DNA of 64,000 bases from Desulfosudaceae bacterium (GTDB taxonomy: Bacteria; Desulfobacterota; Desulfobacteria; Desulfobacterales; Desulfosudaceae), in NCBI GenBank assembly GCA_963674745.2, contig CAXXDV010000001.1, positions 800,001-864,000 of the forward strand. The letters are read 5' to 3'. This document shows positions 28,559-39,568 of the stretch, piece by piece. How positions within the stretch are numbered: the first letter of the stretch is position 1; each line of letters starts with the position of its first letter. The notes under the pieces were generated by a model, which worked only from the letters and a program-made list of their open reading frames with translations, searched no databases and had not been told where the DNA came from. The position numbers and the translations under genes were made by a program.

Positions 28559-29227
28559 CTAGGATTTTTTAGCAGCGACCTTTTGCCTGATCCACTCAAT
28601 CCACGGTTCCATGCCGGCGCCGGTTTTGGATGACGTTTTATAAATCGGCATTTCCGGATTGATCTGCTGAATGCTCTGCACGGCCAGGTTGATATCGTAA
28701 TCCAGATAGTCGAGCAGGTCGATTTTGTTGAGCAGGGCCACGTCGCAGACACGGAACATGAGCGGGTATTTGAGCGGTTTGTCTTCGCCTTCGGTGACAC
28801 TGAGCACCACCGCCCGGGCGTCTTCGCCGATATCAAATTCCGCGGGGCAGACCAGGTTGCCGATGTTTTCCACGATCAGCAGATCGATTTTATCCAGGTC
28901 GAAATTAGCGGCGGCATTTTCAATCACGTGGGCCGCCAGATGGCAGTCACCGCCGAACTCATCGGTGTTGACCTGGACCACTTCGGCACCGGTGGTGGCC
29001 AGGCGATCGGCATCGTTGGTGGTGCAGATATCTCCGACAATAACCGCGCTGATGATTTCCGGCATCAGTTCCAATAATGTTTTCTGCAGCAGGGTGGTTT
29101 TCCCGGCACCCGGGGAGCTCATGACATTGAGTACAAACACCTTTTTCCGGGCAAAAACCTCACGGTTTTTGGCTGCCATGGTTTCGTTTACGTCCAGGAC
29201 CCGGCGGACGACTTGAACTTTCTCCAT
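28559..29227 (-). CDS. hypB: Hydrogenase nickel incorporation GTPase HypB
   Basis: SSPGAGKT, CHL, ENIGNLVCP, EGEDKPLKYP. Confidence 0.95.
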   Translation of the reverse strand: MEKVQVVRRVLDVNETMAAKNREVFARKKVFVLNVMSSPGAGKTTLLQKTLLELMPEIISAVIVGDICTTNDADRLATTGAEVVQVNTDEFGGDCHLAAHVIENAAANFDLDKIDLLIVENIGNLVCPAEFDIGEDARAVVLSVTEGEDKPLKYPLMFRVCDVALLNKIDLLDYLDYDINLAVQSIQQINPEMPIYKTSSKTGAGMEPWIEWIRQKVAAKKS

Positions 29228-29279
29228 TATTTTAACCTCCAAAATAATTTAAAAATACATGCACGCAATATTTATTTGT

Positions 29280-29337
29280 GTAGGGGCACCCCCCTGTGGG
29301 TGCCCTTTACCGGGCAGGCACGGGGGCCTGCCCCTAC
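29280..29337. repeat. REP-like inverted doublet, type B
   Basis: Same sequence as 51964-52021; lies between hypA and hypB. Confidence 0.9.
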
Positions 29338-29366
29338 AATATGTATGAGCATCCGCTTGGACTCAT

Positions 29367-29717
29367 TTAACTGTCAGCCAGTTCCAGGGAAACAATATCA
29401 AACTCACGGCCGGTCAGGATGTCCACCTGTCCGCTCTGACATTTTTCGCAGATAAAGTTCGGGCTGGTTACCGTCCACTGGTGCTGGCACGACTTACAGC
29501 GGACGGTTATGGGGGGCTCTTCGATGACAAGCTCCGCACCTGCCAGGGGGGTGTCCTGGGCGGCTATCTCAAAACAGAACCGCAAACTCGAGGGGACAAT
29601 AGCGGTCAACTTGCCGATGCGCAGGTTTATCCGGGCAACAGACGGGTTCTTGACGCCGGGAGGGATTGAAGAAACAGCAATATCAACGATCTGCATGGCG
29701 ATGCCCATTTCATGCAT
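29367..29717 (-). CDS. hypA: Hydrogenase maturation nickel metallochaperone HypA
   Basis: MHE N-terminus and two CxxC motifs. Confidence 0.95.
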   Translation of the reverse strand: MHEMGIAMQIVDIAVSSIPPGVKNPSVARINLRIGKLTAIVPSSLRFCFEIAAQDTPLAGAELVIEEPPITVRCKSCQHQWTVTSPNFICEKCQSGQVDILTGREFDIVSLELADS

Positions 29718-29804
29718 GAAAAAACTCCTTTTTCGGGATTATCGAAAAAGCATCTGCCCGCTATCCCGGTATTAAGCGGGAAAAGGCTGTTTTATGAATG
29801 GAAA

Positions 29805-30677
29805 CTAGCTGAACACTTTGGCGCACAGCTCACCCAGGGTTCCCAGATCGCGGCAGACGTGAATACCGACCGCCTCCATGGCCGCGATTTTACCTTCCGC
29901 CCCGCCGCTTTTACCACTGATAATGGCGCCGGCATGTCCCATGCGTCGGCCCGGGGGCGCCGTCAGTCCCGCAATAAAGCCAACCACCGGTTTGGTCACT
30001 CTTTCTTTAATAAACGCGGCCGCCTGTTCTTCGGCATTGCCGCCGATTTCACCGACCATGACAATGCCGGTGGTCTCGGGATCATTCTGAAACGCGTCCA
30101 GACAATCGATAAAGTTGGTGCCGTTGACCGGATCGCCGCCGATTCCCACGCAGGTCGTCTGGCCGATATCCTGGCCGGTCAGCTGATGGACCACTTCATA
30201 GGTCAGGGTTCCGGAGCGGGAAACCACGCCGATGGGTCCGCCGGGTTTGTGAATATTTCCGGGCATGATGCCGATTTTGGCTTCACCGGGCGTAATAACC
30301 CCGGGGCAATTGGGACCGATCAGCCGGGACCCGGACCCATCCAGAAGTTTTTTGACGCGCATCATGTCCAGGACGGGGATGCCTTCGGTAATGGCCACAA
30401 TCAGCTCGACCCCGGCATCGATGGCCTCACAGATACCATCGGCCGCAAAAGGCGGCGGTACAAACACCATACTGCAGTTGGCCCCGGTTGCCTTTACCGC
30501 CTGGGCCACGGTGTTGTAAACGGGCACGCCGTCCATGTCTTGTCCACCCTTGCCCGGCGTCACACCGGCCACGACTTTGGTGCCGTAAGCCATGCACTGC
30601 TGAGTATGAAATTTACCTTCTTTGCCGGTTATCCCCTGTACCAGTAACTTTGTTTCTTTGTTTACGAATATGCTCAT
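29805..30677 (-). CDS. sucD: Succinyl-CoA synthetase alpha subunit
   Basis: [26 protein letters not shown]. Confidence 0.97.
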   Translation of the reverse strand: MSIFVNKETKLLVQGITGKEGKFHTQQCMAYGTKVVAGVTPGKGGQDMDGVPVYNTVAQAVKATGANCSMVFVPPPFAADGICEAIDAGVELIVAITEGIPVLDMMRVKKLLDGSGSRLIGPNCPGVITPGEAKIGIMPGNIHKPGGPIGVVSRSGTLTYEVVHQLTGQDIGQTTCVGIGGDPVNGTNFIDCLDAFQNDPETTGIVMVGEIGGNAEEQAAAFIKERVTKPVVGFIAGLTAPPGRRMGHAGAIISGKSGGAEGKIAAMEAVGIHVCRDLGTLGELCAKVFS

Positions 30678-30701
30678 TTCAAAACACCATCATTTGTATA
30701 T

Positions 30702-31868
30702 TTATGCAGCGCCAACGGCCTGAGCCACCTTCCGGGCGGCGTCACTTAAATTTTGAGCCGGCTGCAGATTCAGTTCGGACTCGGCCAGGATCCGCCGGCC
30801 TTCTTCGACGTTGGTCCCTTCCATGCGGACCACCAGGGGCACATTAACATCAATGTTTTGGGCCGCCTGGACAATCCCCTGGGCAAGAATATCACAGCGC
30901 AGAATACCGCCGAAAATATTGATCAGGATACACTTGACCTTTTCGTCGCTCAAGATGATCCTGAACCCGTTTTCCACCATTTCGGCATTGGCGCCGCCGC
31001 CGACATCCAGAAAATTGGCCGGCTCAGCCCCGGCTTGTTTGATGATATCCATGGTCGCCATGGCCAGACCGGCGCCGTTGACCATGTTGCCGACATTTCC
31101 GTCCATGTTGATGTAGTTCAAATTGTATTTCGAGGCTTCGACTTCGAGCGGATCTTCTTCATCCGTATCCCGGTATTCGACAATGTCCTTGTGCCGGAAC
31201 AGGGCATTGTCGTCAAAATTGATCTTGGCATCCAGGGCGATAACACCCTCGTCAGTTGTCACCACCAGGGGATTGATCTCCACCAGGGATGCGTCCAGAT
31301 CAACAAACAAACGGAACAGGTTGCTGACGATTTTGGTAAACTCTTTGACAGCAGCCGGTGGCAGGTTCAACCCGAAGGCTGCCTGGCGGCAGTGAAAAGC
31401 GGAAATACCGGCCAGGGGATTAACATAAACCTTGATGATTTTTTCCGGTGTTTCGGCGGCCACCTCTTCAATGTCCATACCCCCGGCTTCACTGGCCATG
31501 ATCACAATACTGGCTGTTTCCCGATCGGTAATGATGGACAGGTAAAGCTCACGGTCAATATTGACGCCCTGCTCCACCAGCACCTTGCGAACAAGGGTTC
31601 CCACAGCACCTGTCTGGGGGGTGACCAGCCACGATCCGATCAGCGACCGGGTGAAGGATTCAACTTCGTCCGCGGACTTAACCACCTTGACACCGCCGCC
31701 TTTTCCCCGGCCTCCGGCATGTACCTGGGCCTTGACCACTACAGGATACTCTCCCAATGTTTCAGCTGCGGCCCGGGCATCGGCCGCGTTTTCGGCCATT
31801 ACGCCGTCAGGCGTCGGTATGTCATATTTCCGAAACAGTTCTTTGGTCTGATATTCATGAATTTTCAT
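30702..31868 (-). CDS. sucC: Succinyl-CoA synthetase beta subunit
   Basis: MKIHEYQ, KAQVHAGGRGKGGGV, NGAGLAMATMD, NFLDVGGGA. Confidence 0.97.
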   Translation of the reverse strand: MKIHEYQTKELFRKYDIPTPDGVMAENAADARAAAETLGEYPVVVKAQVHAGGRGKGGGVKVVKSADEVESFTRSLIGSWLVTPQTGAVGTLVRKVLVEQGVNIDRELYLSIITDRETASIVIMASEAGGMDIEEVAAETPEKIIKVYVNPLAGISAFHCRQAAFGLNLPPAAVKEFTKIVSNLFRLFVDLDASLVEINPLVVTTDEGVIALDAKINFDDNALFRHKDIVEYRDTDEEDPLEVEASKYNLNYINMDGNVGNMVNGAGLAMATMDIIKQAGAEPANFLDVGGGANAEMVENGFRIILSDEKVKCILINIFGGILRCDILAQGIVQAAQNIDVNVPLVVRMEGTNVEEGRRILAESELNLQPAQNLSDAARKVAQAVGAA

Positions 31869-31913
31869 AAAAAGCACCACTCCTGTTGCCGCGTTAAAAC
31901 TTCCGCGGGCAAA

Positions 31914-33944
31914 TTAACCGATAACACACAACACGGCGTCTTTTTTAACGGAATCACCGGGTGAGAAACTAATGGATTTAACCGTTCCACCCGCCGGTGC
32001 CGGCAGCGCGTTTTCCATTTTCATGGCTTCCAGGATGACCACCGTCTCACCTTCGGCAACAGTATCACCGACATTTTTATCATAACGCACGATCATACCC
32101 GGCATGGGCGCGGTCAGCGGTGTTCCTTCGGCGCTGTCCGCAGCCGGGGCCGGCGCGGCCACTTCTTTTTTAGGCGCCGGAGCGGGTTTTGAGGCCGGTG
32201 CGGCCGGTGCGGCCGGTGCGGCCGGAGCTGCGGGCGCGGCCTGGGCAGGCGCGCCACCGATTCTGGCGGCAGCCTGCTGAATATAGCTTATGGCCGGGGA
32301 ATCGCCGGTTTCATCAACGCCGACTTCATAGTATTCATTATCCACAAACACGTTAAAGGTCCGAAAGCCTTCGCTCTTGACGGGCATATCCGCTTTTTCC
32401 GGTTTTTCCACCAGCTTGCCGGCCCTGGCCTTGAACACCAGTTCCTGTTCTTTCTTGGCCTCTTCAAGTGTTTTGGCTCTTGCGGACTCTGGCGGTTCCT
32501 CAAAACCGTATTTCCATTTTAGAAACTTTCTGCCGGTCACCGGGTACAGGGCGTAAATCAGGGTGTCGTCGATATCTACTGCCAGATCGCTGATCTCGGC
32601 TTTGGCTTCTTCCAGCTCGGGTTCGATGATTTCCGCCGGCCGGCCGGAGAACGGTTCTTCGCCTCTGGCATACCCCTTGAGGGCTTTTTTCTGGACTTCC
32701 GCGTCAATGGGAACGGCTGTTTTACCATAAAGTCCGAAGCAGAGGTCTTTGACCTGGTCCGTGATGCGCTGATAGCGATCACCGCCCTTGTCAAACAACA
32801 CGTTATTAACCGTCTGAACACCGACAATCTGACTGGTCGGCGTTACCAGGGGAATCTGGCCCAGGTCTTTTCTGACCTTGGGAAGCTCTTTATAGACGTC
32901 GTCCAGTTTATCCAGGGCGTCCATTTCCTTGAGCTGGTTGAACAGGTTGGACAGCATGCCGCCGGGTGTCTGATGCAACAACACATTGATGTCGATGATG
33001 GACATTTTGGGTTCATTTAAAAGATGACGGTACTTGGGCATAACTTCTTTTTCCAGAACCGTATTGATGGCTTCCAGCTTTTTGATATCAAAACCCGTGT
33101 CACGGTTGGTGCCCAGGAGCGTCATGACCAGCGGTTCCAGGGCCGGATGAGACGTCCGGTAAGCGTAAGGGGAAAGGCAGGTGTCGATAATATCCACGCC
33201 CGCTTCCACCGCTTTCAGATGAGACATGGGCGCCAGGCCGGATGTAAAATGGCTGTGGAAATGAATGGGCGGTTTAACGGTTTCTTTTAACGCCCTGACA
33301 ATTTCATAGATATCGTAAGGCGCCACCAGCCCGGCCATGTCTTTGATGCAGATGGTATCCGCGCCCATGGCCTCAAGCTCCTTGGCTTTCTCGACATAAT
33401 ACTCGACGTTATAGACAGGGCCGCCCAGGCGCGGTTCGGTCATTGAATAACAGATGGTGCCCTGAAAATGCATGCCGGTCTTTTTGATCACGGAGACAAC
33501 GGTTTCAAAATTGCGGAAATCATTCAAGGCGTCAAAGGTCCGGAAAATATCCATCCCGTTTTCGACCGCTCTTTCCACAAACACCCGGGCCACGTCATCA
33601 GCGTAGTTCCGATAACCCACCAGGTTCTGCCCTCTCAGAAGCATGGAAAACGGGGTCTTCTTGAAATACCGTTTCAAGGTCCGGATCCGCTCCCAGGGAT
33701 CTTCGTTCAAAAAGCGGTGCATGGTGTCAAAAGTGGCGCCGCCCCACATTTCCACGGCCCAGAAGCCGATTTCGTCCATCATTTCCGCCACCGGAATCAT
33801 GTCCTCGGTCCTGCCCCGGGTGGCAAACAACGACTGGTGGCCGTCCCGCAGGGAAATATCCATCACCTTCAGGGGGTTCTCGGCCTTGGGGCGATCCTTG
33901 TCATAGTTCATCTTGGTCATTTTCACCTGGCTGTGATCACTCAT
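31914..33944 (-). CDS. Pyruvate carboxyltransferase plus biotin-carrier fusion (PycB/OadA-like; probable transcarboxylase 5S-1.3S)
   Basis: RDGHQSL, IKDMAG, PLVTPTSQIVG, Ala/Pro linker, biotinylation motif EAMKM. Confidence 0.9.
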   Translation of the reverse strand: MSDHSQVKMTKMNYDKDRPKAENPLKVMDISLRDGHQSLFATRGRTEDMIPVAEMMDEIGFWAVEMWGGATFDTMHRFLNEDPWERIRTLKRYFKKTPFSMLLRGQNLVGYRNYADDVARVFVERAVENGMDIFRTFDALNDFRNFETVVSVIKKTGMHFQGTICYSMTEPRLGGPVYNVEYYVEKAKELEAMGADTICIKDMAGLVAPYDIYEIVRALKETVKPPIHFHSHFTSGLAPMSHLKAVEAGVDIIDTCLSPYAYRTSHPALEPLVMTLLGTNRDTGFDIKKLEAINTVLEKEVMPKYRHLLNEPKMSIIDINVLLHQTPGGMLSNLFNQLKEMDALDKLDDVYKELPKVRKDLGQIPLVTPTSQIVGVQTVNNVLFDKGGDRYQRITDQVKDLCFGLYGKTAVPIDAEVQKKALKGYARGEEPFSGRPAEIIEPELEEAKAEISDLAVDIDDTLIYALYPVTGRKFLKWKYGFEEPPESARAKTLEEAKKEQELVFKARAGKLVEKPEKADMPVKSEGFRTFNVFVDNEYYEVGVDETGDSPAISYIQQAAARIGGAPAQAAPAAPAAPAAPAAPASKPAPAPKKEVAAPAPAADSAEGTPLTAPMPGMIVRYDKNVGDTVAEGETVVILEAMKMENALPAPAGGTVKSISFSPGDSVKKDAVLCVIG

Positions 33945-33992
33945 GGTATGACTCTCCTTAAATCTATTTTGAAATAGACGTTATTACCTGTT

Positions 33993-34229
33993 TTATCGAT
34001 AAAACGCTTTTAACTGCATCATTGAACGGTTCTGCATCTGCGACTGCCGGCCCTGCTGTCCCCAGGTATTATCATACATAAAGGGGCTCCGCTCCAGAGG
34101 AGACGTGCCTTTTGCCGCTGCCGCCATTTCCGAAATCACGGCCATTTCTTCCTGACCGGCGATATACGTCATCACCGCCGCGGATATGGCGGCCCTGATT
34201 TTGTTGTTGGTTTCCTTCATCGTCATCAC
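33993..34229 (-). CDS. Small carboxylase accessory subunit (epsilon/delta-like)
   Basis: 78-aa ORF between carboxyltransferase and carboxylase genes; AAISAAV ... W..QGR pattern. Confidence 0.6.
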   Translation of the reverse strand: MMTMKETNNKIRAAISAAVMTYIAGQEEMAVISEMAAAAKGTSPLERSPFMYDNTWGQQGRQSQMQNRSMMQLKAFYR

Positions 34230-34241
34230 TCCGTAAACTGG

Positions 34242-35792
34242 TTATACCGGGATGTTGCCGTGTTTTTTGGGCGGACGGCTTTCCCGCTTGGTACACATCA
34301 ATTCCAGGGCCTCACACAGCCGCTGCCGGGTATGACGGGGTTGGATGACCGCGTCGACAAACCCCCGCTGGGCCGCACAATAGGGATTGGAGAACTGCTG
34401 CTTGTATTCTTCGATCTTTTCCTTGCGCTTGGCCACGGGATCATCAGCGGCCTTAATCTCTTTTCTGTGAATGACGTTGGCCGCGCCTTCCGCGCCCATG
34501 ACCGCGATTTCAGCCGTGGGCCAGGCATAAACCATGTCGGCTCCCAGCTGTCTCGAGCTCATGGCCAGGTACGCACCGCCGTAGTCTTTCCTGGTGATCA
34601 GCAGCAACTGCGGCACGGTCACTTCCGAATAGCACCACAGCAGCTTGGCCCCGTGCCGGATAATACCGCCCCATTCCTGATCACTGCCCGGAAGGTATCC
34701 CGGCACGTCGGCGATGGTCAGCATCGGAATATTAAAGGCATCGCAGAACCGGATAAACCGGGTCGCCTTGTCCGAGGCATTGATATCCAGGCAGCCCGCC
34801 TGAACCTGCGGCTGGTTGGCGATGATGCCGATGCTGCGGTTGTTGAGCCGGGCAAAACAGACAATAATGTTTTTGGCGAAATATTCGTGCGGCTCAAAAA
34901 TTTCGTTATTGTCCACCAGCGCCCGGATAATGGCCTTCATATCATAGGGCTGGTTGACATCGTCGGGAATAATGGTATCCAGTTCCGGAATTTCGCGATA
35001 TGGATCGTCACCGGTAGCGATGACCGGCGGGTCTTCCATATTATTAGACGGAATATAAGAAAGCAGTTTTTTGATCTTTTCAATGGCATCACCATCACTT
35101 TCGCAGGCAAACTGGGACACACCGCTTTTTTCATTGTGCGTCATGGCGCCGCCCAGTTCTTCAAACGAAATCTCTTCCCCGGTCACCGACTTGATGACCT
35201 CCGGGCCGGTAATAAACATGTAACTGGTATTTTTCACCATAAAGACCCAGTCGGTCATGGCCGGCGAATAAACGGCCCCGCCCGCAGTCGGTCCCATGAT
35301 GGCCGATATCTGCGGAATTACACCTGAGGAGAGTGAGTTGCGATAAAAAATCTCGCCGTATCCCGACAGGGCGTCCACCCCCTCCTGGATCCTGGCCCCA
35401 CCGGAGTCGTTCATCCCCACCACCGGCACCCCGGCTTTTAACGCCATATCCATTATTTTGGTAATTTTTTTGGCGTGCATCTCGCCCAGGCTGCCGGCCC
35501 GGGATGTGAAATCCTGGGAATAGGCCATGACCGGCCGGCCGTTGACCAGGCCGTGCCCGGTGATGACACCCTCTGCCGGTATGTCCACCTTCTCCATACC
35601 GAAATTCGTGCAGCGATGCTTGACGAACATGTCCATTTCCCGGAAAGTGCCGCTGTCAAAAAGCGCTTCGATGCGCTGCCGGGCGGTCAGTTTTCCTTTT
35701 TCAACATGTTTGGCCACGGCTTTATCACCACCCATGGCACGCACAGCTGCCTCCCGCTGTTTTAAATCATTTAATTTGTCCGCTGTACCCAT
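34242..35792 (-). CDS. Methylmalonyl-CoA/propionyl-CoA carboxyltransferase subunit (PccB/12S-like)
   Basis: DSGGARIQEG, GGAVYSPA, DVPGYLPG, KKHGNIP. Confidence 0.93.
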   Translation of the reverse strand: MGTADKLNDLKQREAAVRAMGGDKAVAKHVEKGKLTARQRIEALFDSGTFREMDMFVKHRCTNFGMEKVDIPAEGVITGHGLVNGRPVMAYSQDFTSRAGSLGEMHAKKITKIMDMALKAGVPVVGMNDSGGARIQEGVDALSGYGEIFYRNSLSSGVIPQISAIMGPTAGGAVYSPAMTDWVFMVKNTSYMFITGPEVIKSVTGEEISFEELGGAMTHNEKSGVSQFACESDGDAIEKIKKLLSYIPSNNMEDPPVIATGDDPYREIPELDTIIPDDVNQPYDMKAIIRALVDNNEIFEPHEYFAKNIIVCFARLNNRSIGIIANQPQVQAGCLDINASDKATRFIRFCDAFNIPMLTIADVPGYLPGSDQEWGGIIRHGAKLLWCYSEVTVPQLLLITRKDYGGAYLAMSSRQLGADMVYAWPTAEIAVMGAEGAANVIHRKEIKAADDPVAKRKEKIEEYKQQFSNPYCAAQRGFVDAVIQPRHTRQRLCEALELMCTKRESRPPKKHGNIPV

Positions 35793-35807
35793 TTTGTAAA
35801 CCCCTTC

Positions 35808-35970
35808 AAATTTGATGGCTTCGTAAAAAGTCCAATATCTGCGTTGCGCTGCATCCTTCGGAATTTCACGTACTCCGCTGTACGCTGCATTCCTCAGGAT
35901 TTGCGCGCCTTGATCTTGAACTTTTTACTTTGCCATCCCAATTATGACTTTTTACGAGTGCATCAAATTT
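35808..35970 (-). repeat. MITE-like hairpin element with 25-bp terminal inverted repeats
   Basis: aaatttgatggcttcgtaaaaagtc ... gactttttacgagtgcatcaaattt; extra internal end at ~35918-35937. Confidence 0.85.
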
Positions 35971-36013
35971 AATTCGGGTCCATCGTTCTCAATTCAAAAT
36001 TTTGAAATAATAT

Positions 36014-37006
36014 CTATGTTTTAAGCTGCTTGTCAAGATAAAAGAGCAAATCGCGCGCAGCCGCGGCAACCGTAATATCGCCGCGAGCCACATCCTTCGA
36101 CATCTTATCCAGCCGGTCCTTGACCTCCGGGAGATTCAAAAAGCGGGTCATAACCCCTTCTTCAATCAGGCTCGACAACCAGCGCCGATTCTGCTCGGAT
36201 CGTTTTTTCTCAAACTCTCCGGCCTTTTTCATTTTTTCCCTGTGTTCGCAGACGACATCCCATATGCGGTCAATACCGGTTCCGGCCACAGAGCTGCAGG
36301 TCAGTACCGGCGGATGCCAGATCGACGAAGATGGTGCCAGCATGTGCAGCGCGATTTCATAGGCTTTTTTGGCCCGTTCGGCGTTGGCCACATTGTCTCC
36401 ATCGGCCTTGGTAATGGCGATGGCATCGGCCAGTTCCAGAATGCCTTTTTTAATACCCTGGAGTTCGTCACCGGCGCCGGCCAGCATGAGCACCAGGAAG
36501 AAATCAACCATACCGGCAACCGATGTCTCAGACTGCCCCACGCCGACGGTCTCCACGACGACCACATCAAACCCGGCGGCTTCGCAGACCAGGATACCCT
36601 CCCGGGTTTTGGCGGCGATTCCCCCCAGTGTTTTTCCTGAGGGTGAGGGCCGGATAAACGCCCGGGGGTCGGCCGCCAGTTTCTCCATCCGGGTTTTGTC
36701 CCCCAGCACGCTGCCGCCGCTGCGGGCGCTGCTGGGGTCCACTGCCAGTACTGCCACGGACAGGTCCCGACCGGTTAAAAACGTCCCCATGGTTTCAATG
36801 AACACGCTCTTACCGACACCGGGCACACCGGTCACGCCCAACCGCACCGCCTTTCCGGAATGGGGCAGAAGGCCTTCCAGCACTTTTTCGGCCACGATCT
36901 TATGCTCGGCCAGGGAACTCTCCACCAGGGTGATGGCCTTGGCGATCATGCGCCGGTTACCGTCCAGCACCCCCTGGATATATTCCTCTGGCGAAAGAGC
37001 ACTCAT
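36014..37006 (-). CDS. meaB: Methylmalonyl-CoA mutase-associated GTPase MeaB
   Basis: GVPGVGKS, AVDPSS, GDKTRM, ETVGVGQSE. Confidence 0.95.
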   Translation of the reverse strand: MSALSPEEYIQGVLDGNRRMIAKAITLVESSLAEHKIVAEKVLEGLLPHSGKAVRLGVTGVPGVGKSVFIETMGTFLTGRDLSVAVLAVDPSSARSGGSVLGDKTRMEKLAADPRAFIRPSPSGKTLGGIAAKTREGILVCEAAGFDVVVVETVGVGQSETSVAGMVDFFLVLMLAGAGDELQGIKKGILELADAIAITKADGDNVANAERAKKAYEIALHMLAPSSSIWHPPVLTCSSVAGTGIDRIWDVVCEHREKMKKAGEFEKKRSEQNRRWLSSLIEEGVMTRFLNLPEVKDRLDKMSKDVARGDITVAAAARDLLFYLDKQLKT

Positions 37007-39126
37007 CAGGCATCTTTTTCCAGAACTTTCAGCACTTGATTGGCTGAATCCGTCAGCACGGTGCCGGGCCCGAACACGCCGACAACACCCGCCTGATACA
37101 GAAAGTCATAATCGACGGGCGGAATGATACCACCGACAACCACTTTGATATTGTCGGCACCTTCGGCTTTCAGGGCCTTGATCAGCTGCGGCACCAGGGT
37201 TTTGTGTCCGGCAGCCAGACTGGACACGCCAACGACATGAACGTCGTTTTCCACCGCCATGCGGGCCGCCTCTTCCGGCGTCTGAAACATGGGGCCGATA
37301 TCAACGTCAAAGCCGAGGTCGGCGTATCCTGTGGCGACCACCTTGATGCCACGGTCGTGACCGTCCTGTCCCATTTTAACCACCAGGATTCTCGGTTTAC
37401 GCCCATGTTTGGCGGCAAAGTCGTCGGACCGCTTGCGCAAAGAGGCGATAATTTCACTATCGCCGTATTCAGCGGCATATATGCCGGAAATGCACTGGGT
37501 GGTGGCCACGTAACGGCCGAATACCTTTTCAATGGCATCGCTGACCTCACCCACGGTGGCCCTGGCCCGAATGGCGGGGATACAGGCTTCCAGCAGGTTG
37601 CCGCCTTCTTCGGCGCAACGGGTTACCGCTTCGAGAGTTTTCTTTACCTGGTCATTGTCCCGTTTTTCCCGCAGTTCCTTTAATCGGGCGACCTGTTCTT
37701 CGCGCACGGCTTCAGACACTTCCAGAACTTCCAGCGGCGCTTCATCGTCCAGTAAATATTTATTGACCCCTACAATGGTCTCTTTGCCCTGATCGATACG
37801 GGCCTGACGACGGGCAGCCGACTCCTCGATCCGCATCTTGGGCATGCCGGACTCGATGGCCTTGGCCATGCCGCCCAGGTCCTCTACCTCCTTGATAATA
37901 TCACGGGCCGCCTGGGCAATACTGGCTGTCAGGGACTCGATATAATAGGACCCGCCCAGGGGATCAACCACCCGGGTAATCTGGGACTCTTCCTGGACAA
38001 TGATCTGCGTGTTCCTGGAAATCCGGGCGGAAAAATCGGTGGGCAGGCTGACCGCTTCGTCAAAGGAATTGGTATGCAGGGACTGGGTGCCGCCCAGGAC
38101 AGCCGACAGGCACTCCAGCGTGGTTCGGATGATATTGTTATACGGATCCTGCTGGGTCAGACTCCAGCCCGAGGTCTGGCAATGGGTCCGCAGCATCCTT
38201 GATTTCGAATTCTGGGGGTTGAAGCGGCCGACGATTTCCGACCACAACAGACGGGCCGCCCGCAGCATGGCAATGTCCATGAAAAAATTCATGCCAATAC
38301 CGAAGAAAAAGGACAGCCGGGGCGCAAAATCATCGATGGCCAGGCCGGCCTTGATGGCGGCGTTAATATACTCCAAACCGTCGGCCAGGGTAAAAGCCGT
38401 CTGCAGCACGGAATCCGCGCCGGCTTCCATCATGTGGTAACCGCTGATACTGACCGTGTTGTACTTGGGAATATTATCCGAGCAGTATTTGATGATATCG
38501 GAAACGATCCGCATGGACTGGACCGGCGGATAAATATAGGTGTTGCGGGTCAGGTACTCTTTGAGAATATCATTCTGAATCGTACCCATGAGCTGTTTCT
38601 GTTCCACCCCCTGCTCTTCGGCGGTAACGATGTAAGCGGCCAGGATGGGCAGCACCGCACCATTCATGGTCATGGACACGGTCATCTTGTCCAGGGGGAT
38701 ATCGTCAAACAGGACCTTCATGTCCTCGACCGAATCAATGGCCACACCGGCCTTGCCCACGTCGCCCGAGACCCGGGGGTGATCCGAGTCAAATCCCCGA
38801 TGGGTGGCCAGGTCGAAGGCCACGGAAAGGCCTTTCTGGCCGGCTGCCAGGTTCCTTTTATAAAAGGCATTGGACTCCTTGGCGGTCGAAAAACCGGCAT
38901 ACTGCCGGATGGTCCAGGGCCGTCCGGCGTACATGGTGGCCTTGACGCCGCGGGTAAAGGGCTCGTCACCGGGAATGGTGTTCATGCCGTCCAGGTTTTG
39001 AAGATCTTCCGCCGTATAAAGCGGTTTGATGGTAAGCCCCTCCGGCGTTAACCAGTCAAGCGATTCCAGGGGTTTGCCTCTTAACTCTTTTTCAGCCAGT
39101 TCTTTCCACTTATCCAAATCAGCCAT
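37006..39126 (-). CDS. scpA: Methylmalonyl-CoA mutase (B12-dependent, single chain)
   Basis: [17 protein letters not shown]12 motif GQDGHDRG. Confidence 0.97.
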   Translation of the reverse strand: MADLDKWKELAEKELRGKPLESLDWLTPEGLTIKPLYTAEDLQNLDGMNTIPGDEPFTRGVKATMYAGRPWTIRQYAGFSTAKESNAFYKRNLAAGQKGLSVAFDLATHRGFDSDHPRVSGDVGKAGVAIDSVEDMKVLFDDIPLDKMTVSMTMNGAVLPILAAYIVTAEEQGVEQKQLMGTIQNDILKEYLTRNTYIYPPVQSMRIVSDIIKYCSDNIPKYNTVSISGYHMMEAGADSVLQTAFTLADGLEYINAAIKAGLAIDDFAPRLSFFFGIGMNFFMDIAMLRAARLLWSEIVGRFNPQNSKSRMLRTHCQTSGWSLTQQDPYNNIIRTTLECLSAVLGGTQSLHTNSFDEAVSLPTDFSARISRNTQIIVQEESQITRVVDPLGGSYYIESLTASIAQAARDIIKEVEDLGGMAKAIESGMPKMRIEESAARRQARIDQGKETIVGVNKYLLDDEAPLEVLEVSEAVREEQVARLKELREKRDNDQVKKTLEAVTRCAEEGGNLLEACIPAIRARATVGEVSDAIEKVFGRYVATTQCISGIYAAEYGDSEIIASLRKRSDDFAAKHGRKPRILVVKMGQDGHDRGIKVVATGYADLGFDVDIGPMFQTPEEAARMAVENDVHVVGVSSLAAGHKTLVPQLIKALKAEGADNIKVVVGGIIPPVDYDFLYQAGVVGVFGPGTVLTDSANQVLKVLEKDA

Positions 39127-39144
39127 GATTTTTCTCCTTACGCC

Positions 39145-39546
39145 TTATCGTTCACACAACTCCACCAGTACGCCGCTGGTCGCCTTGGGATGCAAAAAAG
39201 CAATCTTGGCGCCGCCGGCACCCATGCGGGGTTTCTCGTCAATCAGCCGGATCCCTTTGGCTTTCAGCTCTTCCAGGGCCTGTTCGATATTGTCCACCCG
39301 AAAAGCAACATGCTGGATGCCCTGCCCCCTTTTCTCAATGTATTTGGCGATGGGGCCGTCTTCGGAAGTGGATTCCAGCAGTTCCACCTCGCTTTCGCCC
39401 ACCGGCAGAAAAGCCGTGGTCACCTTCTGGGCTTCAACGGTTTCTGTTCCCTCAAACGAAAGACCCAGCACGTCCGTCCAGAAATTTTTTCCTTCTTCAA
39501 TACTGTTGACGGCAATACCAAGGTGGTCGATTTTCAGCAGTTTCAT
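39145..39546 (-). CDS. mce: Methylmalonyl-CoA epimerase
   Basis: [17 protein letters not shown]; adjacent to the mutase. Confidence 0.95.
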   Translation of the reverse strand: MKLLKIDHLGIAVNSIEEGKNFWTDVLGLSFEGTETVEAQKVTTAFLPVGESEVELLESTSEDGPIAKYIEKRGQGIQHVAFRVDNIEQALEELKAKGIRLIDEKPRMGAGGAKIAFLHPKATSGVLVELCER

Positions 39547-39568
39547 ATCTCACTCCTTAAAAAATGGG

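Noticed and set aside
28490..28560. Additional copy of the hairpin element (GCGCAACG...GGGCGTTTT), with a similar trace near 12620
   Set aside because: Too short and degenerate to support without an alignment.
30753..31964. Long antisense ORFs (also 9076-9993, 34260-35327, 58956-59993 and others)
   Set aside because: Shadow frames opposite well-supported genes, typical of GC-rich codon usage.
32193..32228. 9-bp tandem repeat GGCCGGTGC
   Set aside because: Encodes the ordinary Ala-Pro-Ala linker before the biotin-carrier domain.
32338..32346. Perfect DnaA box TTATCCACA
   Set aside because: Single copy inside a coding sequence; expected by chance.
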